Shown: positions 9,677 through 19,286, counted from the stretch's first letter. The stretch is DNA of 64,000 nt from Candidatus Poseidoniaceae archaeon (GCA_938030705.1 CALHIR010000005.1:132909-196908), one strand, 5' to 3'. The notes: a model not told the origin generated them from the sequence alone. Made by a program: numbers and translations.

Positions 9677-10499
9677 GAATGGCTCGAGCCTTCAAGCCGT
9701 ACCTGACAAAGCCTTCTTGAGCATACAACCGTCGAAACACCAATTCCATCGGCGCCTCCATTTCAAGGATGGCCTCTTCATCGTCGACCGTCAAAAACAC
9801 CCCGTTGGGGCCATCATCTAACTGCAAAAGGACCGTACTCACACCGCCGAGTACCGGGGCCCGTAGTGAAAATTCAGACGGTGCTCCGGCGGCCGAAAGC
9901 GTTGTCCATGTCAGCACTTTCCCTCTTCGTTGGAGGCGCATATTTGATGACCCTGAACCGTCCACAACGTGGGAAAATCGAGGCGGCCAAACGACGGTTT
10001 GACCGTTCAATTGTCCGTGGAGTTGAAGGCGTGGGGTTGCTGCTTCATCGTACTGGGCCCGAGAGACGTAGGCCCCTTGACTCACATGCCCTTTGGACAA
10101 TTCATGGTCCCACGCCTGTTCAATGGCAGCATGGAATTCTGCCTCAACTTCGATCGCAACTTCCAGCATGGGAACCTCAACGGGGGCGTCTCTTTTTGAA
10201 ACCACCACAATGGCTTCGTCACTCATGAGGACCTCCCAAGGCGCCTCTTGTTCGGCCTCATGGTCGTAGAGTGCCACCCCAGTGGCGACCGAGAGACTTG
10301 GTCCATCAATGCCCTCTGGAACGGAAATCATGGACACTTCATCATGGTCTAATCGGTGAAGTAACGCCGCCACTGCAAGCGTGGTCGCATCACTGTCTGC
10401 TCCAAAGACGCGTTCACCGTTCAAGGTGAACGGTGACTGAACGACGGTGAAGGACGGTTCATGATGAAGCAAATACCCCATCCAGATTTCACCGGGCAT
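9669..10499 (-). CDS. Thiolase-associated protein with a C-terminal DUF35/OB-fold-like domain. The N-terminal ~150 aa is unassigned.
   Basis: The C-terminal ~120 aa ('GKVLTWTT...PVLGGVSTVLLQLDDGPNGVFLTVDDEE...MELVF') resembles the DUF35 OB-fold proteins that partner with SCP-x-type thiolases. Its start ATG at 10499 overlaps the thiolase stop as TGATG. The track start at 10532 is probably too long. Confidence 0.45.
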   Translation of the reverse strand: MPGEIWMGYLLHHEPSFTVVQSPFTLNGERVFGADSDATTLAVAALLHRLDHDEVSMISVPEGIDGPSLSVATGVALYDHEAEQEAPWEVLMSDEAIVVVSKRDAPVEVPMLEVAIEVEAEFHAAIEQAWDHELSKGHVSQGAYVSRAQYDEAATPRLQLHGQLNGQTVVWPPRFSHVVDGSGSSNMRLQRRGKVLTWTTLSAAGAPSEFSLRAPVLGGVSTVLLQLDDGPNGVFLTVDDEEAILEMEAPMELVFRRLYAQEGFVRYGLKARAIHD

Positions 10500-11704
10500 C
10501 AGCGATGCCTCCCAAAGACATGAACAGAACAAGTCGCTCCTGAACCTCCGACATTGTGCGTCAAGGCTGTTTCAGCATCGCGTACCTGCCGGTTGGGTTC
10601 AACTTGTCCACGAAGTTGCTTAAACACCTCAACAACTTGCCCGGTCCCTGTGGCTCCAAGCGGGTGCCCTTTTGATTTCAATCCGCCACTCGAGTTGACG
10701 GTGGTTGTTCCCTCGTTGATACGACCCTCACCCTCCCGTGCAAAGCGTCCGCCTTCACCTCGCTGTGCAAACCCGAGGTCTTCGGTTGCCAAGACTTCGG
10801 CAATCGTGAAACAATCGTGCACCTCTGCGACATCGATTTGTCGAGGCTCCAAACCCGCCATTGCATAAGCCTTGGACGAAGCGACTTGTGTTGCCTTCAG
10901 TTGAGTGATGCTTGGACGGTCATGCAGAGCAAGATTATCCGAGGCGGCCCCCGCTCCTTTGACCCAAACGGGCGTGTCGGTGAATTTGTGCGCTAGGTGG
11001 TCGGCAGCGAGGACCACACAGGAGGCCCCGTCTGATGTTGGACAGCAATCGTAGAGGGTGAGTGGGTCGGCGACCATAAAACCACCCGCCGCTTTTTCAA
11101 AACTGACTTCTTTTTGGATGTGGGCATCGGCGTTTTTAGAACCGTGAAGGTGATTCTTCACGCTCACGTGAACAAGGTCATCATGGGTGGAATCAAACTC
11201 GTGAAAATAGCGCCGTGCCATCAAGGCATACGTGCCTGGAAAGGTCAGTCCTGCAAGCCTTTCCCATTCAGTGTCGCCCGAAACGCCCAACCAGTAACGC
11301 TTTCGCTCAGGCGTTAAATCGTTCATCTTTTCGATGCCACCGGCAACCACAACATCCGCTTGGCCACTTTTGATCGCCATCCAAGCATCACGGAAAGCAA
11401 AACCCGATGATGCGCAGGCGTTCTCGACACGGCGAACGGCTACGCCGTCCATCCCGGAATGTTCGGTGAGCAGCGCTGCTGTATTACCAAGTTGCGAACC
11501 ACCAAACGCCAAACTACCGATGTAAGCCTCTTCGACCAAATCGGCAACAAAATCACCATCCACGCTTGCAAAGGCTTTGGCTGCGGCTTCAGCCCACATG
11601 CCTTTGAGGCCAAGGGGGTGATTCCCGTATTTTGTTTGACCAGCACCAACGACGGCGACGTCCACCATGTGTTCCTGCACGAGGACGAGGCATTTCATAC
11701 CCAC
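10499..11704 (-). CDS. Thiolase-superfamily protein (SCP-x-type / archaeal acetyl-CoA C-acetyltransferase-like)
   Basis: 401 aa. N-terminal 'VDVAVVGAGQTKYG', thiolase-like layout and a C-terminal 'GGSGA' region. It is first in a three-gene, translationally coupled minus-strand set. Confidence 0.8.
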   Translation of the reverse strand: MGMKCLVLVQEHMVDVAVVGAGQTKYGNHPLGLKGMWAEAAAKAFASVDGDFVADLVEEAYIGSLAFGGSQLGNTAALLTEHSGMDGVAVRRVENACASSGFAFRDAWMAIKSGQADVVVAGGIEKMNDLTPERKRYWLGVSGDTEWERLAGLTFPGTYALMARRYFHEFDSTHDDLVHVSVKNHLHGSKNADAHIQKEVSFEKAAGGFMVADPLTLYDCCPTSDGASCVVLAADHLAHKFTDTPVWVKGAGAASDNLALHDRPSITQLKATQVASSKAYAMAGLEPRQIDVAEVHDCFTIAEVLATEDLGFAQRGEGGRFAREGEGRINEGTTTVNSSGGLKSKGHPLGATGTGQVVEVFKQLRGQVEPNRQVRDAETALTHNVGGSGATCSVHVFGRHR

Positions 11705-11785
11705 GCTCTCATCCCGAAGAAGAAGAGAAAAATCACCACTATGAACCCGTAGGGTTCTTGAACAGGTCGCACCCGCATTGACATC

Positions 11786-12472
11786 ATGCTACGCCAATGC
11801 AAAACCCACGGACACTTTTCCGGCACCAACTGCCCAGTTTGCAATGAAGAAGGGAAATTCATCATGAGTGACAGAGAAGCTAACTCGCTTGGTCGTATGT
11901 TGGCGCTCGTGCTTCGCCATGCTCCAGAAAAATTCAACGTTGACATGGACATCAATGGATGGGTGAACACACGTGAGCTCTCCGAAGCTATTGGGAACCA
12001 ACGTCGCCATTATCATTGGCTCCGAGGATGGCATTTCGAGGCCATTGCCAACGCAGATGAAAAGGGTAGATATCAAGTTGAAAACAGCATGATTCGAGCC
12101 ACCTACGGTCACTCGATTGAGTTGGATTTGGACCTACCAACCGACGACATTCCTGAAGTTCTCTACTTCCCTTGTGAAGGCGAAGAAGTGGAAACACTCC
12201 TTGAATTTGGATTGACGGCGGGCGACCGAAAGCATGTCCATCTCTCACGATCCATTCACAACGCCATGGAAGCCGGTCATGTTCGTATTGACCGTCCAAC
12301 CATCCTGGAAATTGATACCGCCCGTGCAATCGCCGATGGCCACACCATCTACCGAGCAGGAACGACGGTGTTCTTGACCGATGAAGTCCCCGGCGAATAC
12401 CTCTACAAGGTTGACGAAGACGACCCTATGATTCAGGAAATGATTGAATCGTGGGAACGCGAAGAAGAGTGA
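11786..12472 (+). CDS. kptA: RNA 2'-phosphotransferase (KptA/Tpt1 family) with an N-terminal CxxC..CxxC zinc ribbon
   Basis: 'SLGRMLALVLRHAPEKFNVDMDINGWVNTRELS' matches the Tpt1 'LSxxLRHxPE...GWV' core, and 'HLSRS' belongs to the catalytic HxS/RxR set. N-terminal 'CKTHGHFSGTNCPVC'. The start could instead be the internal Met at about 11861. Confidence 0.7.
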   Translation: MLRQCKTHGHFSGTNCPVCNEEGKFIMSDREANSLGRMLALVLRHAPEKFNVDMDINGWVNTRELSEAIGNQRRHYHWLRGWHFEAIANADEKGRYQVENSMIRATYGHSIELDLDLPTDDIPEVLYFPCEGEEVETLLEFGLTAGDRKHVHLSRSIHNAMEAGHVRIDRPTILEIDTARAIADGHTIYRAGTTVFLTDEVPGEYLYKVDEDDPMIQEMIESWEREEE

Positions 12473-12474
12473 AA

Positions 12475-12810
12475 TCACTTTTCTGCGCCACAGGCAGGAC
12501 AGAACCCAAGGTCTGGTTCGAACACCGCTTTGCACACAGGACAATGGTCATGGCCCGTCATCAACGCCTCTACCTTCTTCGGAGCGGGGGCAGGTGAAAT
12601 ACCAGATTCGGATGCAATCAAGCGAACGGGATCAATACCGTGGCGTTGAAGTTCTTCGATTCTATTCTTGTAAATGATGGCCTCTTGAAGGGCACTTTCA
12701 AGTTGCCATAGACGCTGTTCGCGTTCTTTTCCATCTGCAATTGTTCGGGCCTCCTCAACACAAACTTGCAAATGACGCATGAACGCTTCAACACTGGGCT
12801 CTTCCGCCAT
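12475..12810 (-). CDS. Small hypothetical coiled-coil protein with a C-terminal zinc ribbon
   Basis: 'CPVCKAVFEPDLGFCPACG' at the C-terminus. Probable start at MAEEPS (12810); the track start is 12864. Convergent with kptA, with stops 3 nt apart. Confidence 0.4.
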   Translation of the reverse strand: MAEEPSVEAFMRHLQVCVEEARTIADGKEREQRLWQLESALQEAIIYKNRIEELQRHGIDPVRLIASESGISPAPAPKKVEALMTGHDHCPVCKAVFEPDLGFCPACGAEK

Positions 12811-12941
12811 GGTGTTCACACCCGAAGGGTACCTCATCAATCCTTGCCACCAGTGTCTTGCCACTGGGACCCTTCTCGGGCTGGACTAGAAATCGCCGCT
12901 GAGACCACTCGCTTGATGAAGGCCGGCCACATGGACACCCC

Positions 12942-13892
12942 ATGAAGGATGCACACGAACAGGCCAGCGCATGGACCGCTTCTTTTGACTCGGGTAAATT
13001 TGTCAGGAAACGGAGTGAGTTTCGGGACATCATCGGACAACATGAGTTGTTTCAAATCGATGACGGACGATATCACCTCTACGTCTCCCACGCATGCCCT
13101 TGGGCCCATCGAACGCTAATCGTCAGAGCGTTGCTTGGATTGGAGGACCAACTTACTGTTGACGTGGTCGACTGGAGAATGAAGAGAGATGGATCATGGT
13201 CGTTCAACCCTGATGAGCCAGGGTCTACAGCCGACCAAATCAACGATGAAACGAGCTTAGAGGGTGTTTATGCTAGGGCCTCGTCAGAATGGAGGAAGAG
13301 AGGAAAAATAGGAACGGTTCCGGTTCTTTGGGACAAGGTTCACAACACCATCGTCAATAACGAAAGCAGAGAGATTATCCGGATGCTTGATGCTTTCCGA
13401 GCCAAGGGATTTGGCAACGGAAGAACCTTGTGTCCGGAAACGCTAACCGATGAAATTGATGCCATGATCGATGCAAATTATGAGAGTGTCAACAATGGCG
13501 TATACAAATCCGGTTTTGCTCGAACACAAGCTGCATACGATGAGGCCGTAAAGGCACTTTTTGACCGTCTTGATGAACTCGAGCGTCACCTCGATGGAAG
13601 GCACTGGTTGGTCGGGGAAGGAACAGGAACGCTCACCGAAGCCGATGTCTGCTTGTTTACGACGCTGGTTCGCTTCGACCTCGTCTATGTGGTCCACTTC
13701 AAATGTAACCTCCGTCGGATCATGGATTATCCGAATTTGAGTGCATTCCTCAAGCGAATGTTAGAGCAACCTGGCGTACGTGAGACGTGTAATTGGCATC
13801 ACATCAAATCTCATTATTTCTGGTCACATCAGAACATCAACACGTTCAGAATCATCCCCCAAGGTCCTGCAGAGGGAGCACACACGCTTTGA
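12942..13892 (+). CDS. Xi-class glutathione transferase / glutathionyl-hydroquinone reductase (YqjG/ECM4-like)
   Basis: 316 aa with the diagnostic 'CPWAHR' active-site motif and GST N/C-domain layout ('VPVLWD', 'ESREIIRML'). Confidence 0.8.
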   Translation: MKDAHEQASAWTASFDSGKFVRKRSEFRDIIGQHELFQIDDGRYHLYVSHACPWAHRTLIVRALLGLEDQLTVDVVDWRMKRDGSWSFNPDEPGSTADQINDETSLEGVYARASSEWRKRGKIGTVPVLWDKVHNTIVNNESREIIRMLDAFRAKGFGNGRTLCPETLTDEIDAMIDANYESVNNGVYKSGFARTQAAYDEAVKALFDRLDELERHLDGRHWLVGEGTGTLTEADVCLFTTLVRFDLVYVVHFKCNLRRIMDYPNLSAFLKRMLEQPGVRETCNWHHIKSHYFWSHQNINTFRIIPQGPAEGAHTL

Positions 13893-13935
13893 ATCACAGC
13901 GGTATGCTCATGATGCGCTCCTTCGTGGGAGAATC

Positions 13936-14751
13936 ATGCGTGAGCGCGTGGTCGTGAAGTGGGGTGGAGGCCTCATTACGCAAAAGGATACGATGAAGAC
14001 CGTTCGCCACGACGTTCTTGAGAACCTGGCCGAGCAGTTGGAAGATTGCTTGCTTCAAGGCTTGGACGTGGTGCTCGTTCATGGTGCAGGCTCGTTTGGA
14101 CACCTCAAAGCAAAGGCCTACCAACTCGCTGAAGGGAGGACGGAAGCCTTGGACTTACCAGCCAACCGCACACAAGAACAAGCTGTGGAAGAAGTACGGC
14201 AGGACATGTTGGAATTGAACGAACACGTGATGGCTGCCCTGACGAAGCGGGATGTTTCAGCCGTCTCCCTCCCTCCGCATCAATGGGCGAGAAACACCGG
14301 GCCAAGATTTCAAGGGGATTTGACGCTCTTCGAATCAGCCCCCCAGGGCATCGTTTTGGTCACTCACGGTGATGTTGTTGACTGCGATGAACCGAAGGGT
14401 TTTGGGATTCTTTCCGGTGATGATTTGGTCTATCGGCTGGCCACAGAACTCAGCGGTGTGAAACGCCTCGTGTTTGCTATGGGGGGCGTTGAAGGCGTAC
14501 TCCAAGAACCTCCCAACGGTGTACACGACGAAGAAAAACTCATCGAAACGCTTCACATCAACGATACGTATGAGGGAGAACACATGAGGTCAATGGACGT
14601 CACAGGAGGCATTGGCCTCAAAGTACAGCGTGGCTTTGAAACCGCCGAGCACGGCGTTGAGGTCCTCCTTGTCAGCGGTGAAATCGGCCACCGAGTGAGG
14701 GATGCTTGTCTCGGGGACGAGGTCCGTGGCACAACACTCCGTTCGTCATGA
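13936..14751 (+). CDS. Isopentenyl phosphate kinase (amino-acid-kinase fold)
   Basis: 'VVKWGGGLITQK', 'VLVHGAGSFGH', 'HGDVV.D', 'ILSGDDLV' and 'DVTGGIGLK' are the IPK signature blocks. Start chosen at ATG 13936, after the upstream GST stop. The track ORF begins at 13780 and overlaps the GST. Confidence 0.85.
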   Translation: MRERVVVKWGGGLITQKDTMKTVRHDVLENLAEQLEDCLLQGLDVVLVHGAGSFGHLKAKAYQLAEGRTEALDLPANRTQEQAVEEVRQDMLELNEHVMAALTKRDVSAVSLPPHQWARNTGPRFQGDLTLFESAPQGIVLVTHGDVVDCDEPKGFGILSGDDLVYRLATELSGVKRLVFAMGGVEGVLQEPPNGVHDEEKLIETLHINDTYEGEHMRSMDVTGGIGLKVQRGFETAEHGVEVLLVSGEIGHRVRDACLGDEVRGTTLRSS

Positions 14752-14788
14752 ACCGGAGAACTCTTCATGTAGCCGCCGCGACTCCATT

Positions 14789-16555
14789 ATGCTGGGTGAA
14801 ACCATGTCAGGGTACGGAATCCACGATGTCCCGCATGTGGAACTGAACGATGACGCTGTCGCGTCGCTGGGCGAAGAGAACCCCGAACAAGCTGCCTTGA
14901 TGGCTGAAGCCGTGATTCAGGTCTCAGAGAGCGATGTTGTTCTCGGTCCGATTTCAAAGCTTGATGCTCACCAAAGCGCAGGTGCGTTCCATCGTGCTTT
15001 CAGTATGCTCCTCTTCAACACAAAGGGGGAGATGCTTCTCCAACAGCGTTCCGCCGACAAAGTGACGTTTCCAAACGTGTGGGCCAATGCGTGTTGTTCG
15101 CACCCTCTTCACAGTGAGGAAGAACTGGAGGAAGACAACGCCATGGGCGTGAAGCGTGCTGCTGTTCGAAAGTTGGAACAAGAACTCGGTATAGACCCCT
15201 CCACCATTTCAACAGAGGACATGACCTTCATGACGAAAATGCGCTATGCTGCACGCATGAATGGTGAGTGGATTGAACGTGAAGTCGATCATGTGTTGGT
15301 CATGTGTGCCGATGTGAAATTGAACCCAAACCCCAACGAAGTGGCGAACATCATGTGGGTTGACCGTAAATCCATGGAAGCCATGCTCATCGAAGATCGG
15401 GATGCCGAACAAGCCATTGCGCCATGGTTCAGATGCATTGCTGCTCGCATCATGAACAAAGCTTGGTGGGAAAACCACAACCGTCCAGAGAAATTGGCTG
15501 AACTCGCTGACGACCTCATTCATGACATGGGCGATGTGACCTACATGTTGCCCAACGCCGAAGGCGCCGATTTACTCACCTCCATCATGGAAGTGAAACC
15601 CTTGATAGAGCAACGGATTGAACTCAGTCTCAGAGCATCCCGCCATGAGCGCCTTGGAGACGCCATGATGCACCTCTTTGAAGGTGGAGGAAAGCGGATG
15701 CGAGCGACGCTCCCTTGGCTGGTAGCCAAAGCCGTGGGTGATGCTCACGCCGGCCTGTTGGACATCGGGGCTGCCATCGAAACCGTTCACAATTTCACAC
15801 TGGTCCACGACGACATCATGGACAACGACGAAATCCGAAGAGGAAGAAATGCTGTACACATCGAATACGGTGTACCGACAGCCATCAATGCGGGTGATGC
15901 AATGCTTGCCATCGCTTTTGAGCGGCTCGTGCAGGCAGAAAATTTGGAACCGCAAGATGTTGCTCCACTCGTCAACCGCATCGCCTGGATGGTTCGCCGC
16001 GTAAGCGAAGGCCAACAGTTGGACATTGAGTTTGAGGACCGCTTGGAGGTCTCTGAGGAAGACTACCTTGAGATGATCGAGGGAAAAACCGCCGTTATGT
16101 TTTGGATTTGCGCTGAAATCGGTGCCCGAATTTCTGGTGCCGACGAAGAAACCATCCAACTCATGGCCGATTGGGGCAAAGCCTTGGGGCTCTGTTTCCA
16201 ACTGATGGACGACGTCATCGATGTTCTTTCGGATTCAGCGACACTGGGCAAACCTGCTGGTTCTGATATCGCCCAAGGAAAACGTACACTCATGATTATT
16301 CATGCCCTCCGCCAACCGGATGGCCCCGTGAAAGAACGCCTCCTGAAGGTCCTCGGAAAAGGAGAAGATGTGGCCCCAGAAGCCCTTGCCGATGGATTAG
16401 CCGCCCTTTCAGAATTGGGTTCCGTGGATTATGCCAGGAACATGGCAGAGGACTTCCACGCAAAGGCCCATGCCTGCCTGGACCGAATTGAACAGAACCC
16501 TGCCATGGTGGCTTTGCGAGAACTCACTGATTTCCAGTTGGCTCGACTTCATTGA
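14789..16555 (+). CDS. Fusion protein: type-1 isopentenyl-diphosphate isomerase (Nudix-like IDI1) joined to (geranyl)geranyl diphosphate synthase (trans-prenyltransferase)
   Basis: N-terminal half: 'FHRAFSMLLFNTKGEMLLQQRSADKVTFPNVWANACCSHP' (IDI1 signature). C-terminal half: FARM 'LVHDDIMDNDEIRRG' and SARM 'FQLMDDVID'. One uninterrupted ORF. The track start at 14702 overlaps IPK; probable start is 14789 or 14804. Confidence 0.8.
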   Translation: MLGETMSGYGIHDVPHVELNDDAVASLGEENPEQAALMAEAVIQVSESDVVLGPISKLDAHQSAGAFHRAFSMLLFNTKGEMLLQQRSADKVTFPNVWANACCSHPLHSEEELEEDNAMGVKRAAVRKLEQELGIDPSTISTEDMTFMTKMRYAARMNGEWIEREVDHVLVMCADVKLNPNPNEVANIMWVDRKSMEAMLIEDRDAEQAIAPWFRCIAARIMNKAWWENHNRPEKLAELADDLIHDMGDVTYMLPNAEGADLLTSIMEVKPLIEQRIELSLRASRHERLGDAMMHLFEGGGKRMRATLPWLVAKAVGDAHAGLLDIGAAIETVHNFTLVHDDIMDNDEIRRGRNAVHIEYGVPTAINAGDAMLAIAFERLVQAENLEPQDVAPLVNRIAWMVRRVSEGQQLDIEFEDRLEVSEEDYLEMIEGKTAVMFWICAEIGARISGADEETIQLMADWGKALGLCFQLMDDVIDVLSDSATLGKPAGSDIAQGKRTLMIIHALRQPDGPVKERLLKVLGKGEDVAPEALADGLAALSELGSVDYARNMAEDFHAKAHACLDRIEQNPAMVALRELTDFQLARLH

Positions 16556-17012
16556 ACACTTCAACGGCATCACCGATGTTGATGCGACCGGTCGATTGAA
16601 TGCTGGCGTACCACCGAGTCTGCCCGGGGAGTTTCCGATGACTCAAGTTTTGAAATTGTCCATCATGAAACGAGGCTCGAATCGTCTTGCAAGGTGGGGC
16701 GTCCCCGGTAATGGTCATCCGAACTTCGCCAACATGAAGTTGAACACCAGGACGAAGCAATCCGGGATTAAGGCCGTCGATCAAGATGTTTTCACCCGTG
16801 GTTCCCGGGCCGATGGGATGGCCTGCTTCCTGAAGTCGCTTCATGATGCTGACCTCCATCAGACAGACAGCTCTGGTTGGACCGCCGTGGTGCCGAGTAT
16901 CGTTTTGTCGGTCGCCAGCGCACCCGTTCAACTGGACATCCAATGACGCCACTGGATGCTTGGGCACGCCGCCTTCCGGGTTGACATGCAGGCCAAAAAC
17001 AATGCCTGCCAT
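16524..17012 (-). CDS. MOSC-domain protein (YiiM-like)
   Basis: 162 aa with 'GTTGENILIDGL...GVQLHVGEVRMTITGDAPPC', matching the MOSC beta-barrel with its conserved Cys. Confidence 0.65.
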   Translation of the reverse strand: MAGIVFGLHVNPEGGVPKHPVASLDVQLNGCAGDRQNDTRHHGGPTRAVCLMEVSIMKRLQEAGHPIGPGTTGENILIDGLNPGLLRPGVQLHVGEVRMTITGDAPPCKTIRASFHDGQFQNLSHRKLPGQTRWYASIQSTGRINIGDAVEVFNEVEPTGNQ

Positions 17013-17021
17013 GCACGAACC

Positions 17022-19286
17022 TCAGTCTGCGTAGTACGATTCTGGGTTTGGTTCGGGCTTGAGTCCCTTACGCTGACGAATTTCACCAACCACTTTGTCA
17101 AACAATTGTGGTGGGAGGATTTCGAAGCCGAGGTTCTCTGTGTTCCAAACGGCACGACCCTGCGAAGCGGCACGTATGTCGTTGGAGAAACCGAAGGTCT
17201 CTGCAATAGGAATGACACCGACAACGGTTGTCACGCTACCCTCAGAGGGCATGTCTTCGATGATACCACGGCGAGTGGTGACTTCACGGGTGACTTGGCC
17301 AAGCCAGTCGTTTGGTACGGAGATAAACGCCTTTTGCATGGGTTCGAGAAGAACCGTCTTGGCTCGCATCATGGCACCCTTGATTCCATTTCGGACGGCA
17401 GGGATGGTCTGAGCAGGACCACGGTGAATGGCGTCTTCGTGGAGTTTTGCGTCAACCAATCGCACGAACATGCCTTGGACCGGTTCGTCAGCCACGGGTC
17501 CCTTGACGCAGACTTCGTTGAAAGCCTCAATGATGAGTTCACGAGTCTCGTGGAGGTTCTGAATACCCTTGGTATCGTTCACGAGAACGTTGGTTCCCTT
17601 GATGGCGTAGATCTTACGCATCGTATCTTTGTCCATGCCGTATTCGCCGAACTTGCTTCCAACGGCTTTTGCATCACTGTTTCGAACAGGACCATCACCG
17701 AGTTCACCGGAACGCAGAGCTGCGACGACTTCGGTAGGAAGTGCCTCAATCTCGAAGAAGAATCGGTTGTGGCGATTGGGTGACTTACCCTCAAAGGAAT
17801 TACCACGGTTGGATCCTTGGATGCCCTCTCGGTAAACGACAATAGGCGGACTGACCTTGACCTTGATGTTCTGTTCTTCCTCGATACGGTAAACGGTGAT
17901 TTCCAAGTGGAGTTCACCCATTCCGGCAAGCAGGGCTTCACCGGTCTCCTGGTTCGTGGTGACTTGCAACGAGGCATCGGCTTTAGCCAAGGAGCGAAGT
18001 GCATCAATGAACTTGGGCAAGTCCTTCATGCTCTTGGGCTCGACAGCAACCGTGACCACAGGGTCTGAGTAGTGGCGAATGGCTTCAAACGGCGTGAAAT
18101 CCTTGTCGCGAGAAAGGGTGACACCAGCGGCAGCAGAGCGAATACCGGTGACAGCAGCGATGTTTCCTGCAACGACCTTGGGCACGGTGATACGGTCGCC
18201 ACCGACCATCATGGCTACTTGTTGCACACGCTCGGGCTTGGCGGCTCCGATGGCGTACACGGATTCTCCTTGGTTGATGGCACCGGAATAGACACGGCCC
18301 ACGGCCACTTCACCGGCGTGTGGATCCATCCAAATCTTGGTGACCATCATGGCGAGTTCAGCCTCTGGGTCGCAGTTCATCATGGCCTGACCAATTTCAG
18401 ATTCCAAGTCTCCTGTCCAGATGTTTGGAATGCGGTATTTCTGTGCGTCGGTGGGGCCTGGGAGTTTCGTCACGGCCATGTCGAGCAAGACTTCGTGGAC
18501 GGGTGCTTTTTGAGCAAGGGTCTTCTGGTCTTCGTTGTTACAATACTCGAAAATTTCCTTGAAGGAAATCCCGGACTTCGACATGTAGGGCACCGTAATA
18601 CCCCAGTTGTGGTAAGCCGACCCGAAGGCAACCGTGCCGTCCTGAACAGAGACTTGCCAGGCTTTGCCCATACCTTCTGGAGCAAATTGCTTGATGAGTT
18701 TGTTCACCTTCTTGATCGTCTCTGTAAATCGGGCCATCATGTCTTCGGGAGTGACCTGAAGTTCGTTGATGAGGCGGTCGACCTTGTTGATGAACAACAC
18801 GGGCTTTACCTTCTCCTTCAGTGCCTGACGTACCACCGTCTCCGTTTGGGGCATGGGGCCCTCCACGGCACAAGCGAGAATGAAACAACCGTCAACCGCA
18901 CGCATGGCACGGGTCACGTCGCCACCGAAGTCAACGTGACCGGGTGTATCAATGAGGTTGATCAGGTAGTCCGTCATTCTCGGTTTACCATCGACCATGA
19001 CCGGCTTTCCTTCATCGTCTTCATCTTGTACAGCGTGGACCATGGAAGCCGATGCAGCGTTGATGGTGATTCCACGAGCAGATTCTTGCTCGTCAAAGTC
19101 AAGCACGCGGGCTGCACCAGCGAGTTCGTTGGACATCATGCCAGCACCTGCGATCAGGTTGTCTGACAGCGTGGTCTTACCGTGGTCAATGTGAGCAGCA
19201 ATGCACAGGTTCCTGATTTGAGGAAGAATGTGCATGACTTCTGTAGCCTTCTTGATGTTGTCTTCTTTGCGTCCCATGGTTACCAC
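17022..19286 (-). CDS. fusA: Translation elongation factor 2 (aEF-2)
   Basis: 754 aa. G-domain 'AHIDHGKTTLSD', and the diphthamide-site loop 'AIHRGPAQ' in its archaeal form. Canonical position downstream of S12–S7. Confidence 0.95.
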   Translation of the reverse strand: MVTMGRKEDNIKKATEVMHILPQIRNLCIAAHIDHGKTTLSDNLIAGAGMMSNELAGAARVLDFDEQESARGITINAASASMVHAVQDEDDEGKPVMVDGKPRMTDYLINLIDTPGHVDFGGDVTRAMRAVDGCFILACAVEGPMPQTETVVRQALKEKVKPVLFINKVDRLINELQVTPEDMMARFTETIKKVNKLIKQFAPEGMGKAWQVSVQDGTVAFGSAYHNWGITVPYMSKSGISFKEIFEYCNNEDQKTLAQKAPVHEVLLDMAVTKLPGPTDAQKYRIPNIWTGDLESEIGQAMMNCDPEAELAMMVTKIWMDPHAGEVAVGRVYSGAINQGESVYAIGAAKPERVQQVAMMVGGDRITVPKVVAGNIAAVTGIRSAAAGVTLSRDKDFTPFEAIRHYSDPVVTVAVEPKSMKDLPKFIDALRSLAKADASLQVTTNQETGEALLAGMGELHLEITVYRIEEEQNIKVKVSPPIVVYREGIQGSNRGNSFEGKSPNRHNRFFFEIEALPTEVVAALRSGELGDGPVRNSDAKAVGSKFGEYGMDKDTMRKIYAIKGTNVLVNDTKGIQNLHETRELIIEAFNEVCVKGPVADEPVQGMFVRLVDAKLHEDAIHRGPAQTIPAVRNGIKGAMMRAKTVLLEPMQKAFISVPNDWLGQVTREVTTRRGIIEDMPSEGSVTTVVGVIPIAETFGFSNDIRAASQGRAVWNTENLGFEILPPQLFDKVVGEIRQRKGLKPEPNPESYYAD

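Noticed and set aside
15572-16201. 209-aa minus-strand ORF
   Set aside because: Antisense to the GGPPS half of the fusion gene, which has clear FARM/SARM motifs.
18072-19166. 364-aa plus-strand ORF
   Set aside because: It is antisense to EF-2, which is unambiguous. His/Gly/Val-rich shadow frame.
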